A stretch of 64,000 nucleotides of DNA from an uncultured Pseudomonadota bacterium (lineage in GTDB: Bacteria; Myxococcota_A; Polyangia; Fen-1088): assembly GCA_963847705.1 (NCBI GenBank), contig CAWKBC010000008.1:71593-135592 (forward strand), read 5' to 3'. The notes under the pieces were generated by a model. It did no database searches, had not been told where the DNA came from, and was given only the letters and a program-made list of their open reading frames with translations. The translations under genes were made by a program, and so were the position numbers. Positions 1 to 9,236 of the stretch are shown here, one piece after another. The first letter of the stretch is position 1, and every line of letters begins with the position of its first letter.

Positions 1-1
1 C

Positions 2-514
2 GACGCCGAAGCGGCGGAGGATCTGTTGCAGGAGGTGTTCTTGCGCGTGGTGCGCGACGCGCAGGCGTCGGGGCCGGCCTGGAAGGGCCAGGCGAAGTTC
101 TCGACCTGGCTCTACACCATCGCGCGCAACCTCTGCATCGACCGCGCGCGCCGCACCGCGGTTCGGGGTTCCGCGTCGCCGTCGATCGACGGTCTGACCG
201 AGGGCGACGCGGAGGCGATGACCCTGCACGAGCGGATCGCCGCGCCCGGTCCTTCGACCGACGCGGTGGTGGCGGGACGAGAGGCGGCGCGCCGGATCGA
301 TCGCGCGGTCGCCGAGCTGCCCGACGACCAGCGGGAGGTCTTCCTGATGCGCGAGGTGATGGAGATGCCGTTCGCCGAGATCGCGGCCGTGGTGGGCGTC
401 TCCGAGCCGACGGTCAAGAGCCGGATGCGCTACGCGCTCGAGAAGCTGCGGGCAGCGCTGGGCGACCTCGGCGACACCAGCTCGGGCGCAACCGAATCAA
501 CGGGGTCAGGATAA
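2..514 (+). CDS. ECF RNA polymerase sigma-70 factor (5' end outside window)
   Basis: Frame is open from base 2 (DAEAAEDLLQEVFLRV). Region 2 motif FSTWLYTIARNLCID; region 4 LPDDQREVFLMRE...EIAAVVGVSEPTVKSRMRYA. Confidence 0.93.
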   Translation, partial: DAEAAEDLLQEVFLRVVRDAQASGPAWKGQAKFSTWLYTIARNLCIDRARRTAVRGSASPSIDGLTEGDAEAMTLHERIAAPGPSTDAVVAGREAARRIDRAVAELPDDQREVFLMREVMEMPFAEIAAVVGVSEPTVKSRMRYALEKLRAALGDLGDTSSGATESTGSG

Positions 515-539
515 GGCAGGATGAGGATGGACGGCTCAG

Positions 540-1844
540 ATGGCGAGTAGCTGCCAAGACGTCTCCGCCCGGGTGATGGAGCTCCTCTACGGGGAGCTGT
601 CGGGCGACGACCGCGCCGCGCTCGAGGCGCACCTGGCGGGGTGCGCGAGCTGCGCCGCAGAGCTGGCGGCCTTCCAGAGCACGCGCGCCGTCGCCCGACG
701 CGCTCTCGAGGGCGACGAGCCGCCGGCCCGCGCACATCAGGCGATCCTGCGGGCGGCGGCGGCCGCCGTCGCGGCGAAGGAGGCGAAGCCGACCGGGGCA
801 CGCCTCGTCGCGCCGCAGCCCTCATTCTGGGAGCGCTGGCGCGCGCGCTGGACCCTGCCGACGTTCGCCACGATCGGCGCGGTTGCCGTCGTCGTGCTCG
901 CCAGCAAGGTCTTCCTCGAGCCCGACAAGACCGTCGAGCTCGGCCGTCGGGCGCTCCAATCGGCGCCCGCGGAGGCGCCGGCCACCCCGCCCGTGCCGGG
1001 ACCGCCGGCTGAACCGCAAGCGACGCCGAGAGAAGCGACGCAAAATGAGGACGAACAGGCGAAAGAGGGGCGACCGGCCCCGGCGGAAAAGAAGCGCCAG
1101 GACGAGGCGCCAGAACGGCTGCAACCTCCGGTCGCGAACAACGCGCCGGCCCGATCGATCGCGGCGGCCCCGGCGGCGCAGCGCCGGCGCGCCGCCCCCG
1201 ACGGTTTCGGTGCGCTCGGTCTCACGAAGGGGGGCGGTGCCACGAGCGCGGGACGAGCCAAGGCTCCAGCTGCAGGCGGGGTCTCCTTCGAAGATGACCT
1301 GGCGGCTCCGCCACCCGCCGGGTTGAAACCGACCAAGCGCGAGTTCGCACCGCCGCCCCCGCCGCTCGTCGAGCCCGCGCGCCCGTCCACGTCGGCCGCG
1401 AACCAGATGAGAGAGCGCGACACGGAGGCCCAAGCGCTCGAAGAGACCGATGCCCCTCCCCCCAATCCTCCTCGGGGGGCCCTGGGCCACGTCGCCGCCA
1501 GCGCCGGCGCGGCGCCCCCGGCGGTGCACGCCAAGGCGGAGGCCAGCGCCAAGACCGAGTCCAAGAAGGCGGAGATACCCTCGGACATGGACAGCCTCGA
1601 GGCCGACGCCAAGTCCGAGACCGGAGCGGAATCCAGGCCGGTCGCCGAGTCGCCGGTGGCGCGCGCCAATCGTCTGTTCGCGCAGGGACAGTGGGGGGCG
1701 GCCGCCCGCGCCTACCGCGAGCTTCTGCGCCGCGATCCCCACAACCGCGACGCCGCCCGCTGGCGCCAGCGTCTCGCCGCCTCCGAGGAGGCGGCCTCCG
1801 CCCAGGCACCCGCCGTGGCCTCTCCGCCCCCGCCGCGGCGCTGA
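540..1844 (+). CDS. Anti-sigma factor: ZAS zinc finger, TM helix, Pro/Ala-rich linker, C-terminal TPR-like helices
   Basis: HLAGCASC (HxxxCxxC) near the N-terminus, TM segment FATIGAVAVVVLA, TPR-like ANRLFAQGQWGAAARAYRELL; directly downstream of the ECF sigma. Confidence 0.85.
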   Translation: MASSCQDVSARVMELLYGELSGDDRAALEAHLAGCASCAAELAAFQSTRAVARRALEGDEPPARAHQAILRAAAAAVAAKEAKPTGARLVAPQPSFWERWRARWTLPTFATIGAVAVVVLASKVFLEPDKTVELGRRALQSAPAEAPATPPVPGPPAEPQATPREATQNEDEQAKEGRPAPAEKKRQDEAPERLQPPVANNAPARSIAAAPAAQRRRAAPDGFGALGLTKGGGATSAGRAKAPAAGGVSFEDDLAAPPPAGLKPTKREFAPPPPPLVEPARPSTSAANQMRERDTEAQALEETDAPPPNPPRGALGHVAASAGAAPPAVHAKAEASAKTESKKAEIPSDMDSLEADAKSETGAESRPVAESPVARANRLFAQGQWGAAARAYRELLRRDPHNRDAARWRQRLAASEEAASAQAPAVASPPPPRR

Positions 1845-1850
1845 TCCGGA

Positions 1851-3924
1851 TCAGTCGTCCCGCAGATCGGTCTGAAACGGCGAGACCGTCTCCGGGTCCG
1901 CCAGCCACAGAAAGACCGCGCGCGCGCGCAAGTATTCCTCGGCGGCGGCGCGCGCGAGGTGCAGCGGCAGCGCGTCGAGATCGATCCCCTGCCACGCGAA
2001 CCCGGGGACGCCGTTGGCCCGGGCCAGCAAGCCGCCGGTCTTGAGCCGATCCTGCGCACGCCAGCAGCGGGTGACGATCGTCTTCATCGCGACTGCGAAG
2101 AGAGGCGGCTCGGCCAGCACCCCGGGGAGCGCCACCCGATCGAGCCCCACCGACCAGCAGAGCCAGGAGAGCGCCCCCCAATCGGCCTGCGCCTCGTTCA
2201 GGAGCGCCGGCACGCCGAGCCCGTCGGTCGTGAGCTCCTCGATGATTTCGACCTCGGTCATCTCGGCCGTCTCGCCCTGGCCGAGATCGCCTGCGCCGCG
2301 CTCGACGGAGACCTTCTCGCGCCGCAACGCAACCGGCCCGCCGGGGAGCAGCGCGGAGAAGATCCGGCGGCAACCAGACCGGCGTCGCGCCGGCGCCAAT
2401 CAACGCCTGGATGGCCCCGCGCGCGCGTCCGATCCGGGTGGCGTAGACGCCGATCGCCGCGCACACCTCGCCGAGCTCGCGCACGAGGCCGGCGCCCAGC
2501 TCGGCGAGCGAGGGATCGACCAGGAGCTGCTCCCGCGCGGGCCAGCTGTCGAACGGGCGCAAGACCGCCTGGAGCTGTCCGACCAGCAGGGCCGCAGCGT
2601 TGGGCGATTCGGCGGCGACGAGCCCGAGATCGGCGCGCGCCCCCTCTTCATCGCCCCGCTGGAGCCGGACGAGCGCCCGGGTGAGATGGGTGGCGCGCCG
2701 CTCGGGTGCCAGGAGGAGCGACGCCGCCACGAAGTCCGCCGCGGCGGCGCTCACCCCCGGCAGGAGGGCCGCCAGCGCGCGGAACGCCGACGCCGCGTCG
2801 GCGCCACCCACGAGCGCGTCGAGGATCGTCCAGACCTTCATCTCGACCGACTGTTCGAGCGCTTCCCCGCGATGCGCGGCGACGGCCGGCGCCAGCGCCA
2901 CCACCGCGGCGGCGATCGTACGCTCGAGCGCGGCGCGATCCCCATCGCGCGCCGCCGCGCGGGCCGCCGCGCAGAGCCCTTCGCGCACGCGCCCCTCCGC
3001 ACGAAGGGTGCGGGCCAGCGCCCACCAGTCCTCTGCCGTTCCTTGCCCCGTCCTGTACGTCCCCCGGCCGCCGTCCGCCGCGAACGCCGGAGAGCCCGCC
3101 TCGGCTCCCTCGGCGAAGGGCGAGCCACGCTCCACCGTCCTCAGCTCGACGCCCGCCGCGTCCAGGAACGACCAGAGCCCCACCGCCTGTCCGTGGTCGA
3201 AGGTGCCGCGCTCCTCGCGGATGTGGGGGTCGGCGTACGGGCTCTCGGTCTCGGCGGCAAAGCGCCGCACGAACGCGCCGTGACGGGCCCCGGCGGGGGA
3301 AAACGCGCATGCTTCCGCGAGCCGCCCGGCGGCGTCGAAGGTCCGCGCGGCGCGCTGCCGCCCGTTCGCATACTCGATCTCCGAGGTGAGCACGCCGGCA
3401 TCGGTCCAGAACCGGTGCAGCTCGGGGCGCCGGCGGGCCCACTGGCTGCCCGCCTCGTCGTACTCGGCGTCGTCGGGGACGCCGGACGGGCGCGGCGGCC
3501 AGGGACGCCCGTCCGAGAGAATCGGCCGACCGTCCGTGCCATAGAAGATCTCCTGGACGATGTCTCCCTTCTCGTAGAGAAGGTCGAGGCGGACGGCGCC
3601 CGGCGGCACGCAACACGACCGCAACGGCTCGGCCCCGATGCCGACCCCGGGAAACGCCGAGACGATCCCCTCCGCGCATCCGGCGTTGAAGATCCCCTGC
3701 CGCGAGACGCTCCCGTCGGGATGGAACATCGCGAACGGCCCCTCGCGCACGCCCGCCACGAACCCGCAACGCGACTGCAAGGTTCCGTCGCGCCGGTAGA
3801 GCAGACATTCCCCCTCGCGCACGCCTTGCGCGCTCAGCCGGGAGACTTCCCAGCCGCCGATCTCGGGGTTCCAGAAGCCTCCCTCCGGAACCCCCGCCGG
3901 CCTTTCGGGTGCGGTCGCTGCCAC
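1851..3924 (-). pseudogene. MORN-variant/YwqK-like repeat protein with TPR-like region, split by a frameshift near 2358-2362 (real lesion or sequencing error)
   Basis: N-terminal frame (GVREGECLLYRRDGTL, GVREGPFAMFHPDG, GQAVGLWSFLD) reads normally to PVWLPPDL, then becomes Arg-rich noise. The 1851..2399 frame continues SALLPGGPVALRR to a normal end. Removing one base in gat-ctt-c-tcc joins them. The GTG start at 3924 is a guess (TTG at 3999 is the alternative). Confidence 0.7.
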
Positions 3925-4047
3925 GGGCGAACCGACAGGATACCGCGCCTGGCGGGCCGTGGCGGTCGTTCTTGCGAGGCGGGCCGTGCCGTAAGGCAAC
4001 GGTGAGCGAACCGGACTATTCCCGACGACGTGCCGCCCGAAGGCGGC

Positions 4048-5676
4048 CTAGTGGCCGCTGCTCATCCGGGTGAACGCCCAGAAGAGCGTCCCCGAGAGCA
4101 GGATCGAAACCGGCAGCGTGAGCACCCACGCCATCAGCAGGTTGCGAACCGTCCCCCACTGCAGACCGGTCTTGTTCGCGGCCATCGTGCCGGCGACACC
4201 GGACGAGAGCACGTGGGTGGTGCTCACGGGGAGGCCGAAGGCGTCCGCGGCCCCGATGGTCACCATGGCGGTGAGCTCGGCGGCGGCGCCCTGCGCGTAG
4301 GTGAGGTGATCCTTGCCGATCTTCTCACCGACGGTGACGACGATCCGCTTCCAGCCGATCATCGTCCCCAGACCGAGCGCGATGGCGACCGCCACCTTGA
4401 CCCAGGTCGGGATGAACTTGGTCGCCTTGTCGATGTGCTTCTTGTAGTTCTTCAGCACGTCCGCATCGGCCGGTGCGATGGCCGGCAGGTGCGACTTGTC
4501 CATCATCCGCAGCGCCTCGCCGATGAGGTACATGTCGTTGCGGAAGTTGCGCGTCTTGGTCGCGGGGACGTTGCGCAGCTCCTTGTAGATCGACATGTCG
4601 CTGCCGACCGCGGTGACCAGCTGCTTCAGCCCGGGGAGCGTCGTCGGCGCGAGCGCGCGGGTGCGGATGTAAGTGGTGACCTCTTCGCGCCCGTCGCCGG
4701 CGACGGTGACGCTCGAATCCGCGTAGTGTCCGATCGTACCGGCCGCCATGGCGGAGACGGCGATGAAGTCCTGCGACTCCTTGGCCGAGACGGCGTGGTT
4801 GAGCGCGTAGGCCGTGGGGACGGTGCCGATCAGGATGAGCATGATGAGCCCCATCCCCTTCTGCCCGTCGTTCGATCCGTGCGCGAAGCTGACACCCGTG
4901 CAGGTGAGGAGCAGCAGGCCCCGGATCCAGAACGGCGGCGGCGCTTCACCCACCGGCGCTGCGTAGAGCTCCTTGTTCTTGATGACCTTGCGCATGGTGA
5001 GCAACAGGCCCCCGGCGCAGACGAAGCCGACCAGCGGCGAGATCAGCAGGGACTTGCCGATGTTCGAGGCCTGGTGCCAGTCGACGCCGCTCGTCGCGGT
5101 GTGGACCGCCATGAACTGGTTGGCGAGGCCGACGCCGATGACCGAGCCGATCAACGTGTGCGAGCTCGACGACGGCAGGCCGAAGTACCAGGTCCCGAGG
5201 TTCCAGATGATCGCCGCAGTCAGGAGGGCGAACACCATCGCGAACCCCGTGCCGCCGCCCACTTGCAGGATGAGCTCGACCGGGAGCAGCGAGATGATCC
5301 CGAACGCCACGGTGCCGGTCGAGACGAGGACGCCGATGAAGTTCCACATCCCCGACCAGACCACCGCGATCTGCGGGGCCAGCGTGTGCGTGTAGATGAC
5401 GGTGGCGACGGCGTTGGCCGTGTCGTGAAACCCGTTCACGAACTCGAAGCCCAGCGCCACCAGGAGCGCGATCCCCAGCAGGATGAAGGGCATCGCCGAG
5501 GTGGGGTGCACGTCCGCGAGGTCGGAGAGGAGCTGCGAGCCCGCGTAGCCGATCCCGACGGTGAGCGCGATCCCGAAGATCGCCATCCCGAGCTTGCCAG
5601 GGCCACCCGCCAGCTTGGCGTGGATGGCGGAAGCGTGAGGTTTCGGCTGTTCCAGTGCGGCGGCGTCTGTGGTCAT
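4048..5676 (-). CDS. pitA: Inorganic phosphate transporter (PiT/PHO4 family)
   Basis: Both PiT signatures (GFHDTANAVAT and FAHGSNDGQKGMG), LPSSSSHTLIG and LPVSTTH; multiple TM helices. Confidence 0.95.
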   Translation of the reverse strand: MTTDAAALEQPKPHASAIHAKLAGGPGKLGMAIFGIALTVGIGYAGSQLLSDLADVHPTSAMPFILLGIALLVALGFEFVNGFHDTANAVATVIYTHTLAPQIAVVWSGMWNFIGVLVSTGTVAFGIISLLPVELILQVGGGTGFAMVFALLTAAIIWNLGTWYFGLPSSSSHTLIGSVIGVGLANQFMAVHTATSGVDWHQASNIGKSLLISPLVGFVCAGGLLLTMRKVIKNKELYAAPVGEAPPPFWIRGLLLLTCTGVSFAHGSNDGQKGMGLIMLILIGTVPTAYALNHAVSAKESQDFIAVSAMAAGTIGHYADSSVTVAGDGREEVTTYIRTRALAPTTLPGLKQLVTAVGSDMSIYKELRNVPATKTRNFRNDMYLIGEALRMMDKSHLPAIAPADADVLKNYKKHIDKATKFIPTWVKVAVAIALGLGTMIGWKRIVVTVGEKIGKDHLTYAQGAAAELTAMVTIGAADAFGLPVSTTHVLSSGVAGTMAANKTGLQWGTVRNLLMAWVLTLPVSILLSGTLFWAFTRMSSGH

Positions 5677-5685
5677 AGGGCGCGC

Positions 5686-5740
5686 ACAATACCCATCCGA
5701 CCGTGCCGTGCCTGCGACTCTCCGGTGACGATTTCGCAAC
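5686..5740 (-). promoter_or_regulatory. Candidate Pho-box-like direct repeats plus -10 element upstream of pitA
   Basis: Minus-strand pentamers GTTGC, GTCAC, GTCGC, GGCAC at exact 11-nt periodicity (5740, 5729, 5718, 5707), followed 11 nt later by TATTGT (5691-5686). The repeats are degenerate. Confidence 0.3.
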
Positions 5741-5902
5741 GGCGCGGTTCGCCCTGGGGCGGCTCAGATTTCTGAGTCGAGGACGCGCCGGAACAGCAGC
5801 CTGGACGGCAGAAAGCGGCGAAATTACTATGGTTCGGAATGACCTCCGGTTGCGCAGACTGGCTTCGAGGTTGGCGCAGCAATTGCTCCAAGCTGACGGA
5901 CG

Positions 5903-7156
5903 ATGCCTCCGGTGATTGACGGGCGTCACAGCTCGCTGCCAGTCCTGCCCCGCGCGCCCCGCGCCCTGCCGGCGCAGCGCCACCTCCCGCTGGCAGCCGA
6001 GGCGCGCGACATCGACCGCGCCTGGCGACCGATCTACGCGGTCTGGGAGCTCACGCTCAAGTGCGACCTCGCCTGCGGACACTGCGGCTCGCGCGCCGGA
6101 CGCACGCGCCCGGACGAGCTGGACACCGCCGCCTGTCTCGATCTGGTCGCGCAGATGGCCGCGCTCGGCGTCCTCGAGGTGACCGTGATCGGCGGCGAGG
6201 CCTATCTGCACGCCGACTGGTTGACGATCGTGCGCGCCATCCGCGACGCTGGCATGCACTGTTCAATGACGACCGGCGGACGCGGCGTCACCCCGGAGCT
6301 GGCGCGCGCCGGCGCCGAAGCGGGACTGCGGAACGCCAGCGTCTCGATCGACGGCAACGAGGCGACGCACGATCGGCTGCGCGGCGTGACCGGGGCGTAC
6401 CGCGCGGCGCTGGCCGCCGCCGGTCACCTGAAGGCGGCCGGGGTCATCCTCTCGGTCAACACCCAGATCAACCGGCTGTCGATGCGCGAGCTCCCCGACG
6501 TGCTGGAGACGATCATCGCCCTGGGGGCCCGCGCCTGGCAGATCCAGCTCACCGTCGCGATGGGGCGCGCGGGGGACGCGCCCGACCTGCTGCTGCAGCC
6601 CGAGGATCTGCTGGAGCTCTTCCCGCTGCTGGCGACGCTGAAGGCGCGCTGCGACCAGGCGGGGGTGGCGCTCTGGCCGGGGAACAACATCGGCTACTTC
6701 GGCCCCTACGAATCGGTCCTGCGGGGCGGCCTGCAGCGCGGGCACATGGCCTCGTGCGGGGCTGGATGCACCACGCTCGGCATCGAGGCCAACGGCGCCA
6801 TCAAGGGCTGCCCCTCCCTGCACAGCGTCCCCTGGACGGGCGGCAACGTCCGCGACGCCAGCCTGCAGGACATCTGGGAGCGATCGGCGCCGCTCCGCTA
6901 CATGCGCGACCGCACCGCCGACGATCTGTGGGGCTACTGCCGCACCTGCTACTACGCGGACGTCTGCCGCGCGGGCTGCACCTGGACGGGTTTCAGTCTG
7001 TTCGGCAAGCCGGGCAACAATCCTCTCTGTCACCACCGCGCGCTGGAGATGCGGCGGCAGGGAAAGCGCGAGCGCCTGGTCCAGGTCGAAGCGCCGCCCG
7101 GCGCCCCGTTCGATCACGGCAAGTTCGAGATCATCGTCGAGGAGATCACCCCATGA
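5903..7156 (+). CDS. Radical SAM/SPASM peptide maturase, resembling the Y_X(10)_GDL-associated/splicease-type group
   Basis: VWELTLKCDLACGHCGSRAG (CxxxCxxC), IGGEAYL, WQIQLTVAMG, GNNIGYFGPYE; SPASM cysteines CGAG...GCPSL...CRTCYYADVCRAGC...NNPLCHHR. Confidence 0.9.
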   Translation: MPPVIDGRHSSLPVLPRAPRALPAQRHLPLAAEARDIDRAWRPIYAVWELTLKCDLACGHCGSRAGRTRPDELDTAACLDLVAQMAALGVLEVTVIGGEAYLHADWLTIVRAIRDAGMHCSMTTGGRGVTPELARAGAEAGLRNASVSIDGNEATHDRLRGVTGAYRAALAAAGHLKAAGVILSVNTQINRLSMRELPDVLETIIALGARAWQIQLTVAMGRAGDAPDLLLQPEDLLELFPLLATLKARCDQAGVALWPGNNIGYFGPYESVLRGGLQRGHMASCGAGCTTLGIEANGAIKGCPSLHSVPWTGGNVRDASLQDIWERSAPLRYMRDRTADDLWGYCRTCYYADVCRAGCTWTGFSLFGKPGNNPLCHHRALEMRRQGKRERLVQVEAPPGAPFDHGKFEIIVEEITP

Positions 7157-7653
7157 GCCACCTGGCACCCTGCCCTGCCTGCAACCGCCACGTCGACGTG
7201 GACGAGAGCGCCTGTCCATTCTGCGCGGCCATGCTCGCGCCTTCGTTCCGCGCGACGCGCCCCCTCGGGCCGCCATCTCGCCGGCTGGGGCGGGCGGCCT
7301 TGATGACGGCGGGCGCTGCGCTGATGGGCGCCGCGGCGTGCAGCGCCAGCGACGCCATCGCTATCGAAACGAAGGACGCCACCCCGTCGTACGACGGCTC
7401 GCGCGTGGTGGCGGCGTATGGCGGGCCGGTCCTGCTCGGAACGGGCGGAACCAGCGGCGAAGGCGGCACTGGCGGCACCGGCAACATCGGCAGCATTGGA
7501 TTGGGCGGCGCCGGTGGCGTCACCGACGCCGGCAGCCAGGGAGCGACCGACGCTGCGACCGACGCCGCCCACGCGCGCGACGCCAGCCAGGATCGGACGT
7601 TCATCGCCATCTACGGCGCACCGTTCGCCGCTGACGAGGAGCCGAGCTCGTAG
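7153..7653 (+). CDS. Putative rSAM substrate: Zn-ribbon leader, lipoprotein signal, Gly-rich body with two xYGxP motifs (166 aa)
   Basis: ATGA overlap with the rSAM stop. MSHLAPCPACNRHV...CPFC (C7/C10/C21/C24); SRRLGRAALMTAGAALMGAAAC63; VVAAYGGP (Y89) and FIAIYGAP (Y154). The ORF track shows it only as the tail of ORF 6061..7653. Confidence 0.8.
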   Translation: MSHLAPCPACNRHVDVDESACPFCAAMLAPSFRATRPLGPPSRRLGRAALMTAGAALMGAAACSASDAIAIETKDATPSYDGSRVVAAYGGPVLLGTGGTSGEGGTGGTGNIGSIGLGGAGGVTDAGSQGATDAATDAAHARDASQDRTFIAIYGAPFAADEEPSS

Positions 7654-7657
7654 CGGC

Positions 7658-8305
7658 TCAGCGCTCGCGCAGCAGCCGCGCAACGGCGGCGGCCAGATCA
7701 GGGAGCACAGCGTCGGCGGCGGCGAAGTTGCCCGAGGTGGTGAGGCCCGAGGGCACCACCCAGCAGCGGAGGCCGGCCGCCGTGGCCGCGCGCAGGCCCC
7801 GCTCGGAGTCCTCGATCACCAGGCAGCGCGCGGGCGCGACCCCCAGGCGCGCGACGGCGGTGAGATAGGGCTCGGGGTGCGGCTTGGACTCGACGTAGTC
7901 GTGTCGCGTGAGGGTCAGCTCGAAGTGTCGCAAAAGGCCGGTGCGGGCGTGCGTGCGTGCGAACGGCCCCGGCTCCGAGCTGGTGACGATGGCCAGCCTG
8001 AAGCGCGCCGCCAGCTTGGGCAGCAGCTCGGCGACGCCGGGGATGACGATCTCGGCCTCCTCGAGCAGCTCGAAGTAGTGGCGATCGCGCAGGGCTCGCA
8101 GCGCCTCGATCTCCGCCGGCGAAGCCCCGCGCGCCTCGGCCAGATGCCAGACCCCCACCCCGTCCCGCAGCAAACAGTCGACGTAGGTCGGCAGGTCGAG
8201 CACCGCCCCCACGGTGGCCAGCGCCTCCCGGTTGGCCCGGAAGTAGAGCTCCTCGGTGTCGACGAGCACGCCGTCGTTGTCGAACAGGATCGCGTCGAAC
8301 GTCAT
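7658..8305 (-). CDS. HAD-superfamily phosphatase (subfamily IA, beta-PGM-like)
   Basis: MTFDAILFDNDGVLVDTE (DxD), IVTSS, KPHPEPY, VIEDSERG; start overlaps the KirBac stop. Confidence 0.9.
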   Translation of the reverse strand: MTFDAILFDNDGVLVDTEELYFRANREALATVGAVLDLPTYVDCLLRDGVGVWHLAEARGASPAEIEALRALRDRHYFELLEEAEIVIPGVAELLPKLAARFRLAIVTSSEPGPFARTHARTGLLRHFELTLTRHDYVESKPHPEPYLTAVARLGVAPARCLVIEDSERGLRAATAAGLRCWVVPSGLTTSGNFAAADAVLPDLAAAVARLLRER

Positions 8306-9201
8306 GGGTAGGGGAACTCCGGCGTCGGTTGGGTCGGCTCGAGGTCGTTGAACTTGCGGAGGTCGAGCAGCAGATGACCGTCGGGCGTCTCGCTGAGCAC
8401 GTCCGCCATCCGCTGTCCCCAGAGGATGTCGCGCGCGAAGTAGCGGTGCTCGCCGTGCACCATCTGCATCGTCGCGTCGTCGAGCCCGATCACCTGAACC
8501 TGCAGCTCGATCTCCTTGGCGGCCAGCGAACCGGGCGTCTCGCCGTAAAGCGGGCTGTCGCGATCGATGACGTGGAGCACGTTCCAGGAGCGCGAGAGTG
8601 ACAGCGCCCGCTGGCGGGTGAGCGCCAGATCGAGCATCCGGTAGAAGGTCTTTCCCTCGGCGGTCCGCTCGGTCCGCACCAGCAACACCTTGATCTGCGT
8701 GTCGACGATCGAGTTGCGGCGCTGATTTCCCAGGCGGAACGACAGCGTGGGAACGCCGTTGTGGACGAAGATCGTCGCCTTCTGGGTGAAGATGAGCCGC
8801 GCCGTCGAACGGGAAAACTTGGCAAACACCAGACCGGTCGCCAGCGCCGTCAACGTCAGCCCCGTGATCGACTCGGCGGTGACCAGCAGGTTGGCGCCCG
8901 TCGACTGGGGGAACATCGCGCCGTAGCCGACCGTTCCCATCGTCTGCACGCTGAAGAAAAACGCGTCGCGAAACGACCCCTCCCCCGCGTGCGCGACCCC
9001 GCCGACGATCAGATAGAGCAGGCCGAAGAGCGCATTGGCCAGAAGGAACGCGCCGCTGATGGCGGCGATCGACACCCACCAGGGGAGTCCCAGCAGCCCG
9101 TGGTAAAAATCGGTCAGCGGCGCGCGTCGATCGCCGACGATCCGGATCTCGTAGTCGGCGCCCGGCTCGCGGATCCGTTTGACCTCGTTGGCGCGGTGCA
9201 C
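8302..9201 (-). CDS. Inward-rectifier potassium channel (KirBac)
   Basis: FFFSVQTMGTVGYG selectivity filter, two TM helices, cytoplasmic domain with PTLSFRLGNQR and HVIDRDSPLYG. Confidence 0.93.
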   Translation of the reverse strand: MHRANEVKRIREPGADYEIRIVGDRRAPLTDFYHGLLGLPWWVSIAAISGAFLLANALFGLLYLIVGGVAHAGEGSFRDAFFFSVQTMGTVGYGAMFPQSTGANLLVTAESITGLTLTALATGLVFAKFSRSTARLIFTQKATIFVHNGVPTLSFRLGNQRRNSIVDTQIKVLLVRTERTAEGKTFYRMLDLALTRQRALSLSRSWNVLHVIDRDSPLYGETPGSLAAKEIELQVQVIGLDDATMQMVHGEHRYFARDILWGQRMADVLSETPDGHLLLDLRKFNDLEPTQPTPEFPYP

Positions 9202-9236
9202 GGCGCGACGTTACTTCAGTTCACGCCCGCGCTTCA

